Below are positions 1-11,744 of a DNA stretch of 64,000 nt, one piece after another (positions within the stretch are counted from its first letter, which is position 1; each line of letters starts with the position of its first letter). The stretch is from NCBI RefSeq assembly GCF_006345805.1, contig NC_042999.1, forward strand, positions 682,001 through 746,000, given 5' to 3'. The translations under genes were made by a program, and so were the position numbers. The notes below the pieces were generated by a model, which saw only the letters and a list, made by a program, of their open reading frames with translations, made no database searches and was not told the DNA's origin. The DNA is from Octopus sinensis. Lineage: Eukaryota.

Positions 1-175
1 AGGCAAATTGCTTAGCGGGAATTCATCTGTCTCTACGCCCTGAGTTCAAATTACCCCTAGGTCGATCTTTGGGAGTAGATAAAATAAGTACCAGTTGAGT
101 GCTAGGATCGATGTAATCGACTTCCTTTTCCCATCGAAATCTTCACAGTCTCTGTACCAAAATTGGAAACCATGA
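1..175 (+). mobile_element. SINE-B copy (cut by window edge)
   Basis: B-box-like ctgagttcaaatt, body ggtcga...gataaaataagtaccagt, tail ccaaaattggaaacca; matches other SINE-B copies in the window. Confidence 0.75.
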
Positions 176-234
176 TTTATGAACCTTTAATATTATGAGC
201 TGGAAAAACCGTTACCCGTCGAAGAAAAGGCTTG

Positions 235-400
235 GCCGAACTTCCACAGACTTTACGACCAGAGATGAAATTTGGCCAAGGTTGACTTTGCATTTCATCC
301 CTCGTGGTCAAGCCGAGTACTGAGGTCGATGAAATCCACTTCCGTCGCACCGAAATTTCTGGACTTGTGTCAAAATTTGAAACCATTATTATTATTAGTA
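235..400 (+). mobile_element. Degenerate SINE-B copy with (ATT)n tail
   Basis: aaggttgactttgcatttcatcc body; tail cttgtgtcaaaatttgaaaccattattatt. Confidence 0.7.
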
Positions 401-402
401 TT

Positions 403-490
403 GGAGGCACATGGCCTAGTGGTTAGAGCAGCGGACTCGCGAGCAAGGGATTGCGGGTTCGAATCTCAGACCGAACGATGTGTGTGTAAC
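403..490 (+). mobile_element. tRNA-like SINE head (SINE-C related), truncated
   Basis: ggaggcacatggcctagtggttagagcagcggactcg...gggttcgaatctc has Pol III A and B boxes and resembles the head at 10036. Confidence 0.65.
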
Positions 491-699
491 AAGTGGTTTA
501 GTTTTCCCTTATCTCTATCCAGATCATATCCCAACTTTGTTATCTGTAGTATTTCACTGAAGGAGATCATTCCCAGTACGAATATTAGTGGGGACACACT
601 GTCCCCTGGGAGATTCCTCCCTTTTTTTAACCTCGTCTAGTACTTGCTTCCCTGCTGTCAATTCCGTTCCGCAGTATTTCATGCTATTCCATAAAACTC

Positions 700-749
700 T
701 CCTTCTTCTTCTTCTTCTTCTTCTTCTTCTTCTTCTTCTATTATTATTA

Positions 750-811
<62 letters not shown>
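700..811 (+). repeat. (CTT)n-(ATT)n microsatellite
   Basis: direct reading. Confidence 0.95.
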
Positions 812-815
<4 letters not shown>

Positions 816-1106
816 TAGCCTTATTTTTATCACGTGCTTTCACTGCACTACTGAGCGTAGCTCTATGTGCCTTGGGTATGTGCTGTATTTTGTTGTGGCG
901 CTCTTATTTTCACTGTACTGAAAGTGTTATACGTAGGATGTGGGCAGTGCTCAGTAGTGCAATTTTCTGTATATTATATATATTTGTAAGCCCTGGTGAT
1001 TTTGTTATGAATTTGTCTGAATAATTTTCATCACAACTAACGCGCCTACTATAATAGGAATTGTTTCTGCTTCTAGGCTCCAAATTCTAGTTACTTCTGT
1101 TTCCAG
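812..1106 (-). mobile_element. 5'-truncated R4/Dong-type non-LTR retrotransposon (subfamily B 3' end) inside (TAA)n
   Basis: Reverse strand encodes LETEVTRIWSLEAETIPIIVGAL..KIALL.TAHIL, matching 42485-42709; same 3' UTR ending ..ctactg|aataataat; TTA repeats on both sides. Confidence 0.88.
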
Positions 1107-1147
1107 ATTATTATTATCAATGTTGTTGTTATCGTTGTTGCTTTTGT

Positions 1148-1195
<48 letters not shown>

Positions 1196-1529
1196 TATTA
1201 TTATTATTATTATTATTATTATTGTTCTTATCGTGTTTTATCTGGTCCAGGATTAGAAACGGAATTTGTTCCTTCTATAAAAAAGAGAAAAAAAAAACCC
1301 ATTTAATTTGTTATTCATATTTGTTCTTACTTCGAATTAACAAATTTCCGGGGCCAAATACATTAATGTCTACACATCTTAACTCGATCATGTTCCAATC
1401 CACTGGCAAAATGTCATAGCCTCATAGCTGGCACTGAATGTGTTCTTGCTATTGCGAAGACTTCTCTGTCAAAATTTTCACTTTCAATTCTCTTTCGGGC
1501 ACGTTCAGTGTCAGTCTCGACTATGCTCC

Positions 1530-1535
1530 AATCTC

Positions 1536-1566
<31 letters not shown>

Positions 1567-1885
1567 CTCTCTCTCCTCTCTATATATATATATATATTAT
1601 ATATATATATATATATACGTGTGTGTGGTGTGTATGTGTGTGTGTATGTGTGTGTGTGCGGGTGTGTGTATGTATGTATGTGTGTGTGTGGTGTGTGTGG
1701 TATATGTATATGCATATACATATATATATATGTATATATATAAACATATATATTCCTAATATATATATATATACATATATACATGCATATGTATATATGT
1801 ATATACATATATATATATGTGTGTGTGTATGTATATACATATATATATATATATATATACACATATATATATACACATATATATA
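1530..1885. repeat. Compound (CT)n/(TA)n/(TG)n microsatellite
   Basis: direct reading. Confidence 0.9.
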
Positions 1886-2044
1886 TGATAATGATGATGA
1901 TGATAATGATGAGGATGATTTCTATGATGATGTTTATAACAATGGCGATGATGATGAGGATGATTACGACGACGATGATTGGGGGGGGGGTTAAGTGTTG
2001 GCTTGTGATGAGATTGTTTATGATTTACGAAGAATATAATCTTT

Positions 2045-2252
2045 TCCACTCTAGGCACAACGCCGGAAATTTTTGGAGATGGGACCAGTCGATTTGAGCG
2101 ACCCCAGTACGCAACTGGTACTTAATTTTTCGACCCCGAAATGATGAAAGGCAAAGTCGACCTCGGCGGAATTTGAACTCAGAACGTAACGCAGACGAAA
2201 TACCGCTAAGCATTTCGACCGGAGTGCTAACGTTTCTGCCAGCTCGCCGCCA
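2045..2252 (-). mobile_element. SINE-B copy, type-2 tail
   Basis: gaccccgaaatgatgaaaggcaaagtcgacctcggcggaatttgaactcagaacg...ccagctcgccgcc. Confidence 0.9.
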
Positions 2253-2399
2253 TGATTTACGAACGAAATAATGACGATGTTAATGTTGATGTAGATGATG
2301 ATGATGATGATACTGTTGCTGCTGCTTCTGCTATTGTAGCTGCTGTTCATGTTACGGAAGGGGATGTGGCTTGTTGATAATTATATTGAGAAACGTAAT

Positions 2400-2668
2400 A
2401 TTATGAAATATGATGGTGATGACGATGATGACGAGGAAGATAATGAATGATAATGTTCATGACGATGACGATAGTAATTATGATGAGGATGATGATGGTG
2501 ATGATGAAGAAGAAAAAATGATGATCATGATGATGATGATGGCAGTAACAATAATATTGACGTCGATTGAGATAATTATGAAGATGAAATTGATGATGAA
2601 AATGATGAGAATTATGATTGATGATGATGATGAAAATGATGATGATGATGGTGAGGATAAGGATAAGA

Positions 2669-2702
<34 letters not shown>

Positions 2703-3060
2703 CATTGAGAATGATGATGATGATGATGATGTGATGACGATGAGGATGAGAATGAGGATGATGAGAATGATGATTGGTGATGATGATGTTGATGAGGAAG
2801 AGAATGATAGCGATGATGATGACGATGTTAACGATGACGATGGTGGCGACAACGATGATGATGACGATGATAATGGCGATGAAGAAGACGAAGACGATGA
2901 CATTGATAACAACGACGACGACGACGACCATACTGATGACGATGATGATGTTGGCGATAACGATCAACATTATGACAACGACAAGAACAACAACAATGAC
3001 AACGAGCACAAAGGTTCGCAGTTGATAACGGACGGCGATGACGACGGACGGGTGGTGGTG
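2400..3060 (+). repeat. (GAT)n/(GAC)n trinucleotide low-complexity tract
   Basis: direct reading; source of the spurious poly-D/poly-M ORFs. Confidence 0.95.
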
Positions 3061-3479
3061 GTGCCCATAAAGTTCTCTTTAAGTGGTGTATCTGTAAAAT
3101 ATGACAGATTACGGAGACATTCACAAGAACCTCGACAATAAATCACATGAGCTCTGCAGCTGAGCAAAAAGACAAAATCAAACGCCATTGATTCCCAGTC
3201 GGTTTGTCTTTTCACGATCCAATAATGAAAATGTAATAATTTATTACAGCACCGGTTGCTATGGCTAAGGTCTTTTGCATACAGACCTCTTAGTCTTTAT
3301 TTTGTGTAGTCTTTGAAGAGACTATCAAGTGGGCCTTTTCAACCGTTCGTTTATTAGGCTTTTATATATATATATATTTCTCTGGTATTCTTTGATTAAT
3401 TGAATATCTTTTTATTAGTTTACACACACACGCACGCACACATATATATTGATCATTTTTACCGTATTAAGGATAACGA

Positions 3480-3495
3480 TTTACTATTATTATTA

Positions 3496-3534
<39 letters not shown>

Positions 3535-3593
3535 TATTATTATTATTATTATTATTATAATTATTATCTTTAATATCATTATTATTATTATTA

Positions 3594-3624
<31 letters not shown>

Positions 3625-3765
3625 CATTTTTGTTATTATTATTATTATCATTATTATTATTATGATTATTATTATTATTATTATCATCATATTATTATTA
3701 TTATTGTATTATTATAATTATTATCTTTAATATCAATATTATTATTATTATTATTATTATCATCA

Positions 3766-3838
<73 letters not shown>

Positions 3839-3839
3839 C

Positions 3840-3899
<60 letters not shown>

Positions 3900-3900
3900 T
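3480..3900 (+). repeat. (ATT)n then (TAG)n microsatellite
   Basis: direct reading. Confidence 0.95.
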
Positions 3901-4730
3901 CGGTTTCACAAATCAATCCATTTCTAAACAATCGATGGTAATAAAAATGGCTTGTGTTGTTCTGTTACAACTTTCAGTCATAAATATTTCTTGGATAAAT
4001 TCCACAATAGACTTTTGGTGTATGGCATTCCCTGCAAGTTTGCCACAACAGGCATTCTATTCAATGAGCCTTATTTATTCCTTTTCCATTATTAAATACA
4101 ATCGCGCTGAATAGCGTTATTAAATGGCTTACTTCTTTAGGAGGTTTTAAACCATTAAATATGTTGCCGTATATTTCTCATGGCAATTCGGAGATCTAAA
4201 ATTTACAATTGTTAGTCCGATAAGTTATACCTTAACACGGCATCCCACACAAAATCCATAGTACTTAAGATGTTTGTCGAAGTTATCTGTTAAAAATGCA
4301 AATACTGAAAGTATTAGAAAAATGTCATGTGAGACTACAATGCAGTTAAAGGGAATTAATGAAAGTACAAAATTGCTAATTGGAATGACAAAAACAGACA
4401 CACACGCGCGTGTGTGTGAATCTGTTTCTTGCATATCTATTCCTAAATTGTTCTGCCGAATGGATTCGAATGTGAGTACGCCAATCGCAGCTGCATTCCA
4501 TCACGAATGCGTGTTTAAAACCCTCGATTTCTTAACGCAATTAACTCTGGGATAGCCCGTGCTTCGACGAGACCGAACGATGTCTAAACACCGGCTGTCC
4601 TACAGTCACTCCTATTTATGAATCGACTGTGTTATGAATACATTTTCGTTACAAAAGAGAAGTTGTAATCCGGTGATGAAACAAACCAGCGATTATATAT
4701 TTGCGTTCATACCTGTTGGAACGTATTATT

Positions 4731-5149
4731 GTTTATTCCTTTAGTCTTTTGTCTGTTTGAGTCAATTGACTGCGGTCCTGCCGGCCTTCAATCGAACAAA
4801 CCGACGCCAGAACTTATTCTTTGTAAGCCTAGTATTTATTGCGTCAGGCACTTTTGCCGAACCGCTAAGCTACGGGGACATATCATAGCAACATCAGTTG
4901 TTAAGCGATGGTGGGTGGACAAACACAAACACAGACACACACACAAATACACACACACATACACATATATATATATGTATATACACAACAGGCTTCTTTC
5001 AGTTTCTCTCTACCAAATCCACTCCCAAGGCTTTGGTCAGACCGAGGTTATAGCAGTAGATACTCACCCAAGGTGCCACTCAGTGGGACTGAACCCGGAA
5101 CCTTATGGTTGGTAAGAAATCAACTTACCACATAGCCACTCATGCGCCT
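4731..5149 (-). mobile_element. SINE-A copy (tRNA head, CORE-like ccttgggcaagtg, internal (TA)n(TG)n)
   Basis: colinear with 22299-22737. Confidence 0.9.
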
Positions 5150-5516
5150 GAATAAATAATTCATTAAGAATAAATATGTCAATTACCGTTTCCAATTTTG
5201 CTGTAAAGAATACATATGACGATTTATCATCTGACATTGAGTTTAGGTTCGCGTAACGTAACGGTTTGACAAATATAAACCGATAATATAAATACCAGAT
5301 TTTAAGAAGGGTAATTAAAAGAATTAGACTAAAATTCTGCAAGTGGTGCCGGGGTATTCCCGCGGTTTAATGACTGAAATGAAACAAATAAAAGATAATA
5401 TATATATATATTTATATATATATATTACCTGTTGTTATCCTGCAACAAATCTACAGATAAAAACAGGTAATCAAAACTGTGCCGATGGTTTACTCACCAT
5501 CTAGTTATACATTTTG

Positions 5517-5539
<23 letters not shown>

Positions 5540-5548
<9 letters not shown>

Positions 5549-5730
5549 CCAAACATGAAAACACAAAGAGAAAACACAACAACGCAAGGACGTGGAACAA
5601 ACAGTATTATTGAACGCTCAGGAAGGAAGGGAAAAAGGAGGGTTTTACGTTTCGAGCGGAGCTCTTTGTCAGAAACATAGGAAAAGGAAAGATCCAGAGA
5701 AAGGAAGACGGAGGGAAAAAAATCGCCAAC
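5540..5730 (-). mobile_element. PLE pLTR-like repeat (family E) with minimal hammerhead motif at 5642-5676
   Basis: Reverse complement aligns to 13030-13213; GTTT CTGACAA A GAGC TCC GCTC GAAAC GTA AAAC; 3' end abuts (TA)n. Confidence 0.7.
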
Positions 5731-5870
5731 GGTACACACGCGGTCACATTTTGAACATATACATGCATACATACATACACACACACATATGTATATATAT
5801 ACACACACACACATATATATATATACGCACACACACACACAAACACATATATATAATATATATATAATAT

Positions 5871-5903
<33 letters not shown>

Positions 5904-6287
5904 GGCGTTTTTATTTGACGTTGTTGAAAATCTGGTGACTGTGCCTCAAAAACAGTGGCCTTTGGCCTAATCCTATGGCAATAAAAGCTGGAGACACTCA
6001 CAAGCACATACATACACACACACAGAAGTTTGTGTATGTATATGTGTGTGTATCTATGTACAGAGTGGTAGCAAAATGATATACCGTTAGATTTTTTGTG
6101 TTGTATTTAGAATTATCACAGCAGAGTGTTATGATAATTCTAAAATGCAACAAGCTCTAAGGGACTATGTTTGATTTTTGCAGATAATAACGGTGCGTAG
6201 ATTATGAATTTTGATTGAAGAGATGGGGCCTCGAAACAAAAAGTTGCAGGGTACCCCTAAAAGTAATGCAACGGCCCTGTATATATA

Positions 6288-6324
6288 TATCACGTGATCA
6301 CGTGACCGACCAGACCAGACCAGA

Positions 6325-6327
<3 letters not shown>
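6288..6327 (-). mobile_element. Isolated SINE-C 3' tail inside (TA)n
   Basis: cacgtgatcacgtgaccgaccagacc is the reverse complement of the SINE-C tail ggtcggtcac(a)gtgatcac. Confidence 0.65.
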
Positions 6328-6380
<53 letters not shown>

Positions 6381-6686
6381 GCACATATTTCTGTACTCTA
6401 TCGTAGACATTTAATTTAATCTTTTTTGAAAAGAAGCCAACGCTTGTTTTCGATGATTTATGAAACAGAAATCGTACCAGTGTCTCATCTCAACCAAACT
6501 TGCTCTAATATGGTCTTCGCTGTTATTTTCTTAAAGATATATTTTCTCGACAAAAAAAAAAAATGTGAGTCGATCCAAAACTATAAAATTGATATTGTTA
6601 CCTAAAGATATGCTTTTTATATTCAAATCATTGCATATCTAGATTATATCGAAATTCTTGGGGAAAAATCAACGCGAAGTACCATC

Positions 6687-6741
6687 AAATTATTTATTTT
6701 CTGTCAGACTATAATATATATATATACATATTATATATATA

Positions 6742-6789
<48 letters not shown>

Positions 6790-6900
6790 CGTACATACAT
6801 ATACGTACTACATATACTTACATACATATACATACAATATATATATATGTATATATATAACATATATATATATAATAGTCTGACTGAAAATAAATAATTT
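6687..6900. repeat. ~34-bp inverted repeat flanking a (TA)n-rich core
   Basis: aaattatttattttctgtcagactataatatata versus tatatataatagtctgactgaaaataaataattt (2 mismatches). Confidence 0.85.
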
Positions 6901-7389
6901 ACATCTATATGTATGTATGTGTGTATGCTTGTATGTATGTATGTATGTATGTATGTATGTATGTATGTATGTATGTATGTGTATATGTATGTACCTAAGA
7001 ATGCATGTATGTACGTATTTATATATTGAAGAAAACCATGAGACAGATTTCTATTAAATATCTCTGTTCAGATTGCTCTGAATATTAACTTACAATATTT
7101 TTAACGAAAGATAATTAACAATGTCTCCACTCACCAACATAACTCATTCATCTACAATGACTTTCTACACACACACACACGCACGCATGCACACGTACAC
7201 ATACACATACACACACATACATATATACATATATCTATATATGATGTGATTATATGCGTATATACATACATGCATACATATATATATATATATACAGACA
7301 CGACAGAAGTAGGTAGACATTCTTATAATCACTAAAATTTATTCAAATCTGAAATTGTACATTCAAATTAATTATTCATTAATTATTAT

Positions 7390-8133
7390 AATGGTCGCGG
7401 TGATGTGGACTCTTTCGCCTCTCTGGTGAATTGCACAACCACTCGATTAAGTGTAGCAAGCGGGGTTCCCAAGTTTTTCTGCGATTTTGGGCTATGTCCA
7501 CCATCAGAATGACCCCCCAATACGCTTCTTTGAAACTCAGCCACTTCCAAGACTTCTTTTGTACCTGGTATGATTAAACAGAAGGCGGCGAGATGGCAGA
7601 ATCGTTAGCACGCCGGGCGAAATGCTCAGCAGTGTTTCGTCTGCCGCTACGTTCTGAGTTCAAATTCCGCCGAGGTTGACTTTGCCTTTATCCTTTCGGG
7701 GTCGATTAAATAAGTACCACTTCAACACTGGGATCAATGTAATCGACTTAATCCGTTTGTCTGTCCTTGTTTGTCTCCTCTGTGTTTAGCTCCTTGTGGG
7801 CAGTAAAGAAATAGGTATTTCGTCTGCCGCTATGTTCTGAGTTCAAATTCCGCCGAGGTCGACTTTGCCTTTCATCCTTTCGGGGTCGATAAATTAAGTA
7901 CCAGTCACGCACCGGGGCCGATATAATCCACTTAATCCCTTTGTCTGTCCTTGTTTGTCCTCTCTATGTTTAGCCCCTTGTGGGTAGTAAAGAAATAGGT
8001 ATGATTAAACAGTCGCACATAGAACCTGAAACATAGAAAAATGTCAATTAATAAAAAATATTAACCATTACCAGTTATAATAAGCATAAAACGATGTTTT
8101 ATGGGGTGTCTATTTATTTTTGTCGTGTCTTTG
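7390..8133 (-). mobile_element. Tc1-like DNA transposon 5' fragment (TIR plus decayed transposase N-terminus), interrupted by SINE-B
   Basis: 7395-7575 reads (I/M)PGTKEVLEVAEFQRSVLGGHSDGGHS..LGTPLATLNRVVVQFTREAKESTSPRP, resembling a Tc1 paired-like HTH; TIR-like TA|caaagacacgacaaaaataaatagacacccc at 8103-8135. Confidence 0.7.
7582..7997 (+). mobile_element. SINE-B dimer with 15-bp TSD
   Basis: TSD ggtatgattaaacag at 7567-7581 and 7998-8012; full monomer plus a 5'-truncated monomer joined at gaaata|ggtatttcgtc. Confidence 0.95.
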
Positions 8134-8374
8134 TATACATAATGTATACTTTGCATTCATCTTTGGATCTACGCCCAGAAATTCCACGGTGCACGTAGAG
8201 ATTAATGGAGAATTTCTGAGTAACAAAAAGCATTTATTAGCACAATTGTTTGTGATTCAAGTTGTACTGCTCCCTGTTAGGCTTGGAACGATACAATAAC
8301 ACCAGATGCAACACATGTTTTTTTTTTTTATTTTGGTAAAGTATACTGCCCGTTATAATGTTATAAATATCTAG

Positions 8375-8530
8375 TGAAGGCCCGTGGTCTAGTACACAGG
8401 GAGTGGGAAAGACGATTAAAAATCATGGTATCGATTCTTTGACTGGGTGGTCAGTCGTGTTCGTGAGGAAAACATTTGTTTTCCCATTGCCTCAGCCCAT
8501 TCAGCTTTAAATGTATGTTCTCAACATTCA
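8375..8530 (+). mobile_element. Old degenerate CORE-type SINE
   Basis: tRNA-like remnant followed by gtgttcgtgaggaaaacatt...ttgcctcagcccattcagc, similar to 25625-25896. Confidence 0.45.
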
Positions 8531-8735
8531 GTGATCTTGGTCACTTATCGCTTACGAAATTGGGTAACCGTCACTGGGAATTCTAGGACTTGAGACAGTA
8601 ATTGCTATAAATATCTATTAGCTTGCAGTGTAATTTAACCAAACACGAAAATACATTTTCTTTACGTAAGATACTTTGAGTGTCTTTTAATTTACAATTA
8701 TTTTACTGTGATTTATTTCAGATTATTAATACGAG

Positions 8736-8989
8736 TAGTTATCGCCAAGCTAACATGGCAATCCAGAAAAATAGGACGAATGCTGCCGTTGATTAGCTGG
8801 ACATAGGTTATTATGGATACGGTTTTGTGTGTCACATAGCTAGCTAGTGGCGATGACCTCTTGCAGTTAATCAACGGCAGCATTCGTCCTATTTTTCGGG
8901 ACTGCCATGTTAGCTTGGCGATAACTATTAATATCCAGTACTGCTGCCGTAGTCTCCTTTAGAGAGAATTGGAAATAATGATATTTCTA
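8736..8989 (+). mobile_element. Hairpin element (63-bp inverted arms, 3' extension, terminal stem-loop); Helentron/HINE-like candidate
   Basis: Arms 8736-8798 and 8865-8927; terminal hairpin tggaaata-atga-tatttcta at 8970-8989; further copies at 9169-9350 and 52034-52490. Confidence 0.6.
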
Positions 8990-9080
8990 GTTTTGAAAAC
9001 CAGTGGATGTATTCCACTGAATTTAGGTACACAATCCTTCGAACAGTCGGTCAGCAGCGACGCCTGCTGAGTTCGGCTAC

Positions 9081-9123
9081 TCCTTATTGATAAGAGGCAT
9101 TTACCTCGAAACTTGTCTGCGGA
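9081..9123 (+). ncRNA. Decayed type-I hammerhead ribozyme motif
   Basis: tcctta TTGATAA GAGG cattta CCTC GAAAC tt GTC tgcgga; two transitions in the CUGANGA box. Confidence 0.5.
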
Positions 9124-9168
9124 TTCCAAACCAGCAAGGAGAAATTGCTGACCTCCCCTGTTTGAAGA

Positions 9169-9350
9169 TTATAATGGACACAGGTTTGTGTGTCACATAG
9201 CTAGCTAGAGGCAATGGCCTCTTGGAGCTAATCAACGACAGCATTCGTCCTATTTTTCTGGACTGCCATGTTAGCTTGGCGATAACTATTAATATCCAGT
9301 ACCACTGCCGAAGTCTCCTTTAGAGAGAATTGGAAATAATGATATTTCTA
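9169..9350 (+). repeat. 182-bp direct duplication of 8808-8989
   Basis: colinear, about 90% identical by eye. Confidence 0.9.
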
Positions 9351-9454
9351 TTTACTTCAGATTATTTCAATTAAATGAATATCAGCATTTTAGAATATGA
9401 TTTATCAAGCTCTTTGTAGAAATAGACTCTGTTTTATTGTTACTATTATCAAGA

Positions 9455-9670
9455 TGGTGAGCTTGCAGAGTCGTTAGCGTGTTGGGCACAAGGCTTAGTG
9501 ACATTTTTTCCAGCTCTTTACGGTGAGTTCAATTTCCACCGAGGTCGATTTTACTTCGCATCCTCTCGGAGACGGTAAAATAAGCACCAGTTGAACACTG
9601 GGGTTATGATGTAATCGACTTCCCCTCCCCTCAAAATAGCTGTCCTTGTTTCAAAATCTGGAATCATTAA
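9455..9670 (+). mobile_element. Degenerate SINE-B copy
   Basis: ggtgagcttgcagagtcgttagc head; ccgaggtcgattttacttcgcatcc body. Confidence 0.75.
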
Positions 9671-9671
9671 A

Positions 9672-10020
9672 GACGGTGACATTAGGCCAGACGATATGCT
9701 TAGTGCCTTGAATTCAAATTCCTCGTTCACGGGGTTGGTTCCAGGCCCCGATCCCTATCACGGGAGGTGGTTCAGAGGTTTCCAGACCCTCTCGGGCCGG
9801 GGGAGACGCGCCCGCTGATACCTCAAGTGTAGCGCGCGTGCGGCCCCGGACATCTAAGGGCATCACAGACCTGTTATCGCTCCGCCTCGTGCGGCTTTCT
9901 TAGGGGCTAAATACTCAAAGGTTGACTTCGTCTTTCATCTTTTCGAGAGTCGATGTTTTCGATTTACTCCCACGCCTAAAATTACTGGCCTTGAGCCAAA
10001 GTTTGAAACTATTATCACTG
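9672..10020 (+). mobile_element. Degenerate SINE-B copy split by the 18S fragment
   Basis: 5' part ...gaattcaaattcc before 9717; body aaggttgacttcgtctttcatc and tail ggccttgagccaaagtttgaaac after 9918. Confidence 0.65.
9717..9900 (-). pseudogene. 18S rRNA fragment (~184 nt, 3' major domain region)
   Basis: Reverse complement contains the conserved ataacaggtctgtgatgcccttagatgtccggggccgcacgcgcgctacac ... gatagggatcgggg ... tgaacgaggaatt; isolated, with no flanking rDNA. Confidence 0.93.
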
Positions 10021-10035
10021 CTATTACTGACTTCT

Positions 10036-10331
10036 ATGGAGGCGCAATGGCCGAGTAGTTAGGGCAGTGGATTCGCGGTCGTCAGATCGCGGTTTCGATT
10101 CCCAGACTGGGCGTTGTGACTGTTTATTGACCGAAAACACCAAAAGCTCCGGGGGGGGGGCGATCCCTGCTGTACTCTTTCGCCACAACTTTCTCTCATT
10201 CTTTCTTCTGTTGGCCTTCTTGCTTAGCCAGCAGGGTGGCGTCATTTGAAGGCTAAAACAATGCGAAGCGCATTGTGACCAGCGATGTGTAGCAACATCT
10301 GATAGCCTGGTCGGTCACAGTGATCACGGTG
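10036..10331 (+). mobile_element. Full-length SINE-C with 13-bp TSD
   Basis: TSD attactgacttct at 10023-10035 and 10332-10344; A box tggccgagtagttag, B box ggtttcgattccc; tail ggtcggtcacagtgatcac. Confidence 0.93.
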
Positions 10332-11230
10332 ATTACTGACTTCTGCAACGAGAATATTATTGGTGATACGATTTTTGACTTGGGCCATAATTGTTGCAAT
10401 CGTTATCCTAATGAAATTATTATTGTTCATAGTCACATTCCGTAGTTTCTAAATATTTTATGTGCAAATTTATTTCCTATTTCCGGTTGACAAACAGTAT
10501 TACTGAACTTGTAGAATATGGCATTCTTCAGTGTTAAGGTTAGAAAACATTTATTCTTCTGCGTCCAGACGTATCGACATCCAAGTGGTGAGTCAGCCTG
10601 TTAGAAATTGTAAAATCGTATGATTTCCTGCTTGCAAGGAAGAAAAATTGTCTGTAGTAAAAGAGATACTCATAAACTGCAAACACCACACACGGTCACA
10701 CGATTTCATGTGTTGGTAGAAACAAAGACAAGAACAAGTAAATGAAAAACGAAATGAGAATAGAACCCGATATAATGAACTTTAAAGTATGACCTCATAA
10801 CGTTAATACTCGATATAAAGATGACGGATGGCCATTGCAAAAATCACAAGTAGCGTGTGAAAAAAACACTCACAAATTTCTTAATAGGATTAAACTGAAG
10901 TGAACTAAAACCAATGCTTGATTCTTATTCGCTACATGACCCTACCTTAAAGATATATATATATATGTGTGTGTGTGTGTGTATATGCGTATTAATATAT
11001 ATATATATAGAGAGAGAGACACAACATGGACAGAGAGTTAGGAAAGATGAACAATACATACATACATACATATATATATACATACGTACATACGTACATA
11101 TATACATATATATATGTATATACTTATATGTATACATGTGTGTACATATATCTACTATTCACAGATATAGGCACACACGCACATAAACATATAGACACAC
11201 ACACGCACATACATACATATATATATATGC

Positions 11231-11273
<43 letters not shown>

Positions 11274-11539
11274 GTGTGTGTGTGTGTGTGTGTATACATA
11301 CATATATACATATATACATACTTATATATTATAATCTGACACTGAATTTCTCCTTTCTACATAGAGGCGGGAAATTAAGTGACTTTTCACAGCATAATCA
11401 ACGCCTCGGGTGCTGTAGGCGTCTTATGTTTCCTGAACATCCCAATATAAATATGCATTTTTATTGGATATTCTGTTTCCTTTAGTTTTACGTATTATCA
11501 TGCTTGAAACTTATCGTTGCAACTCTAGTCACCTCAATT

Positions 11540-11695
11540 CTCCTCCTCCTCCTCCTCCCCCTACCCTCCCCCTCCTCCCTCCTCGACCGACCCTCCCTTC
11601 CTCCCCCTCCCCTCCCCTCCTCCCCTCCTCCCCTCCTCCTCCTCCACCCCTCCCCTCCTCCTCCTCATTATCATCCTCATCCTCATCATCATCAA

Positions 11696-11744
<49 letters not shown>

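Noticed and set aside
9717-9900. Functional rRNA gene
   Set aside because: Only 184 nt, embedded in SINE debris, with no other rDNA in the window.
10036-10110. tRNA genes at SINE heads (also 403-490, 22299-22370, 58915-58988)
   Set aside because: A and B boxes are present, but there is no complete cloverleaf and each continues into SINE body sequence.
10579-10597. 19-nt AG..GTGAGT micro-exon candidate
   Set aside because: Not frame-preserving, no gene context, and it overlaps old repeat-like sequence.
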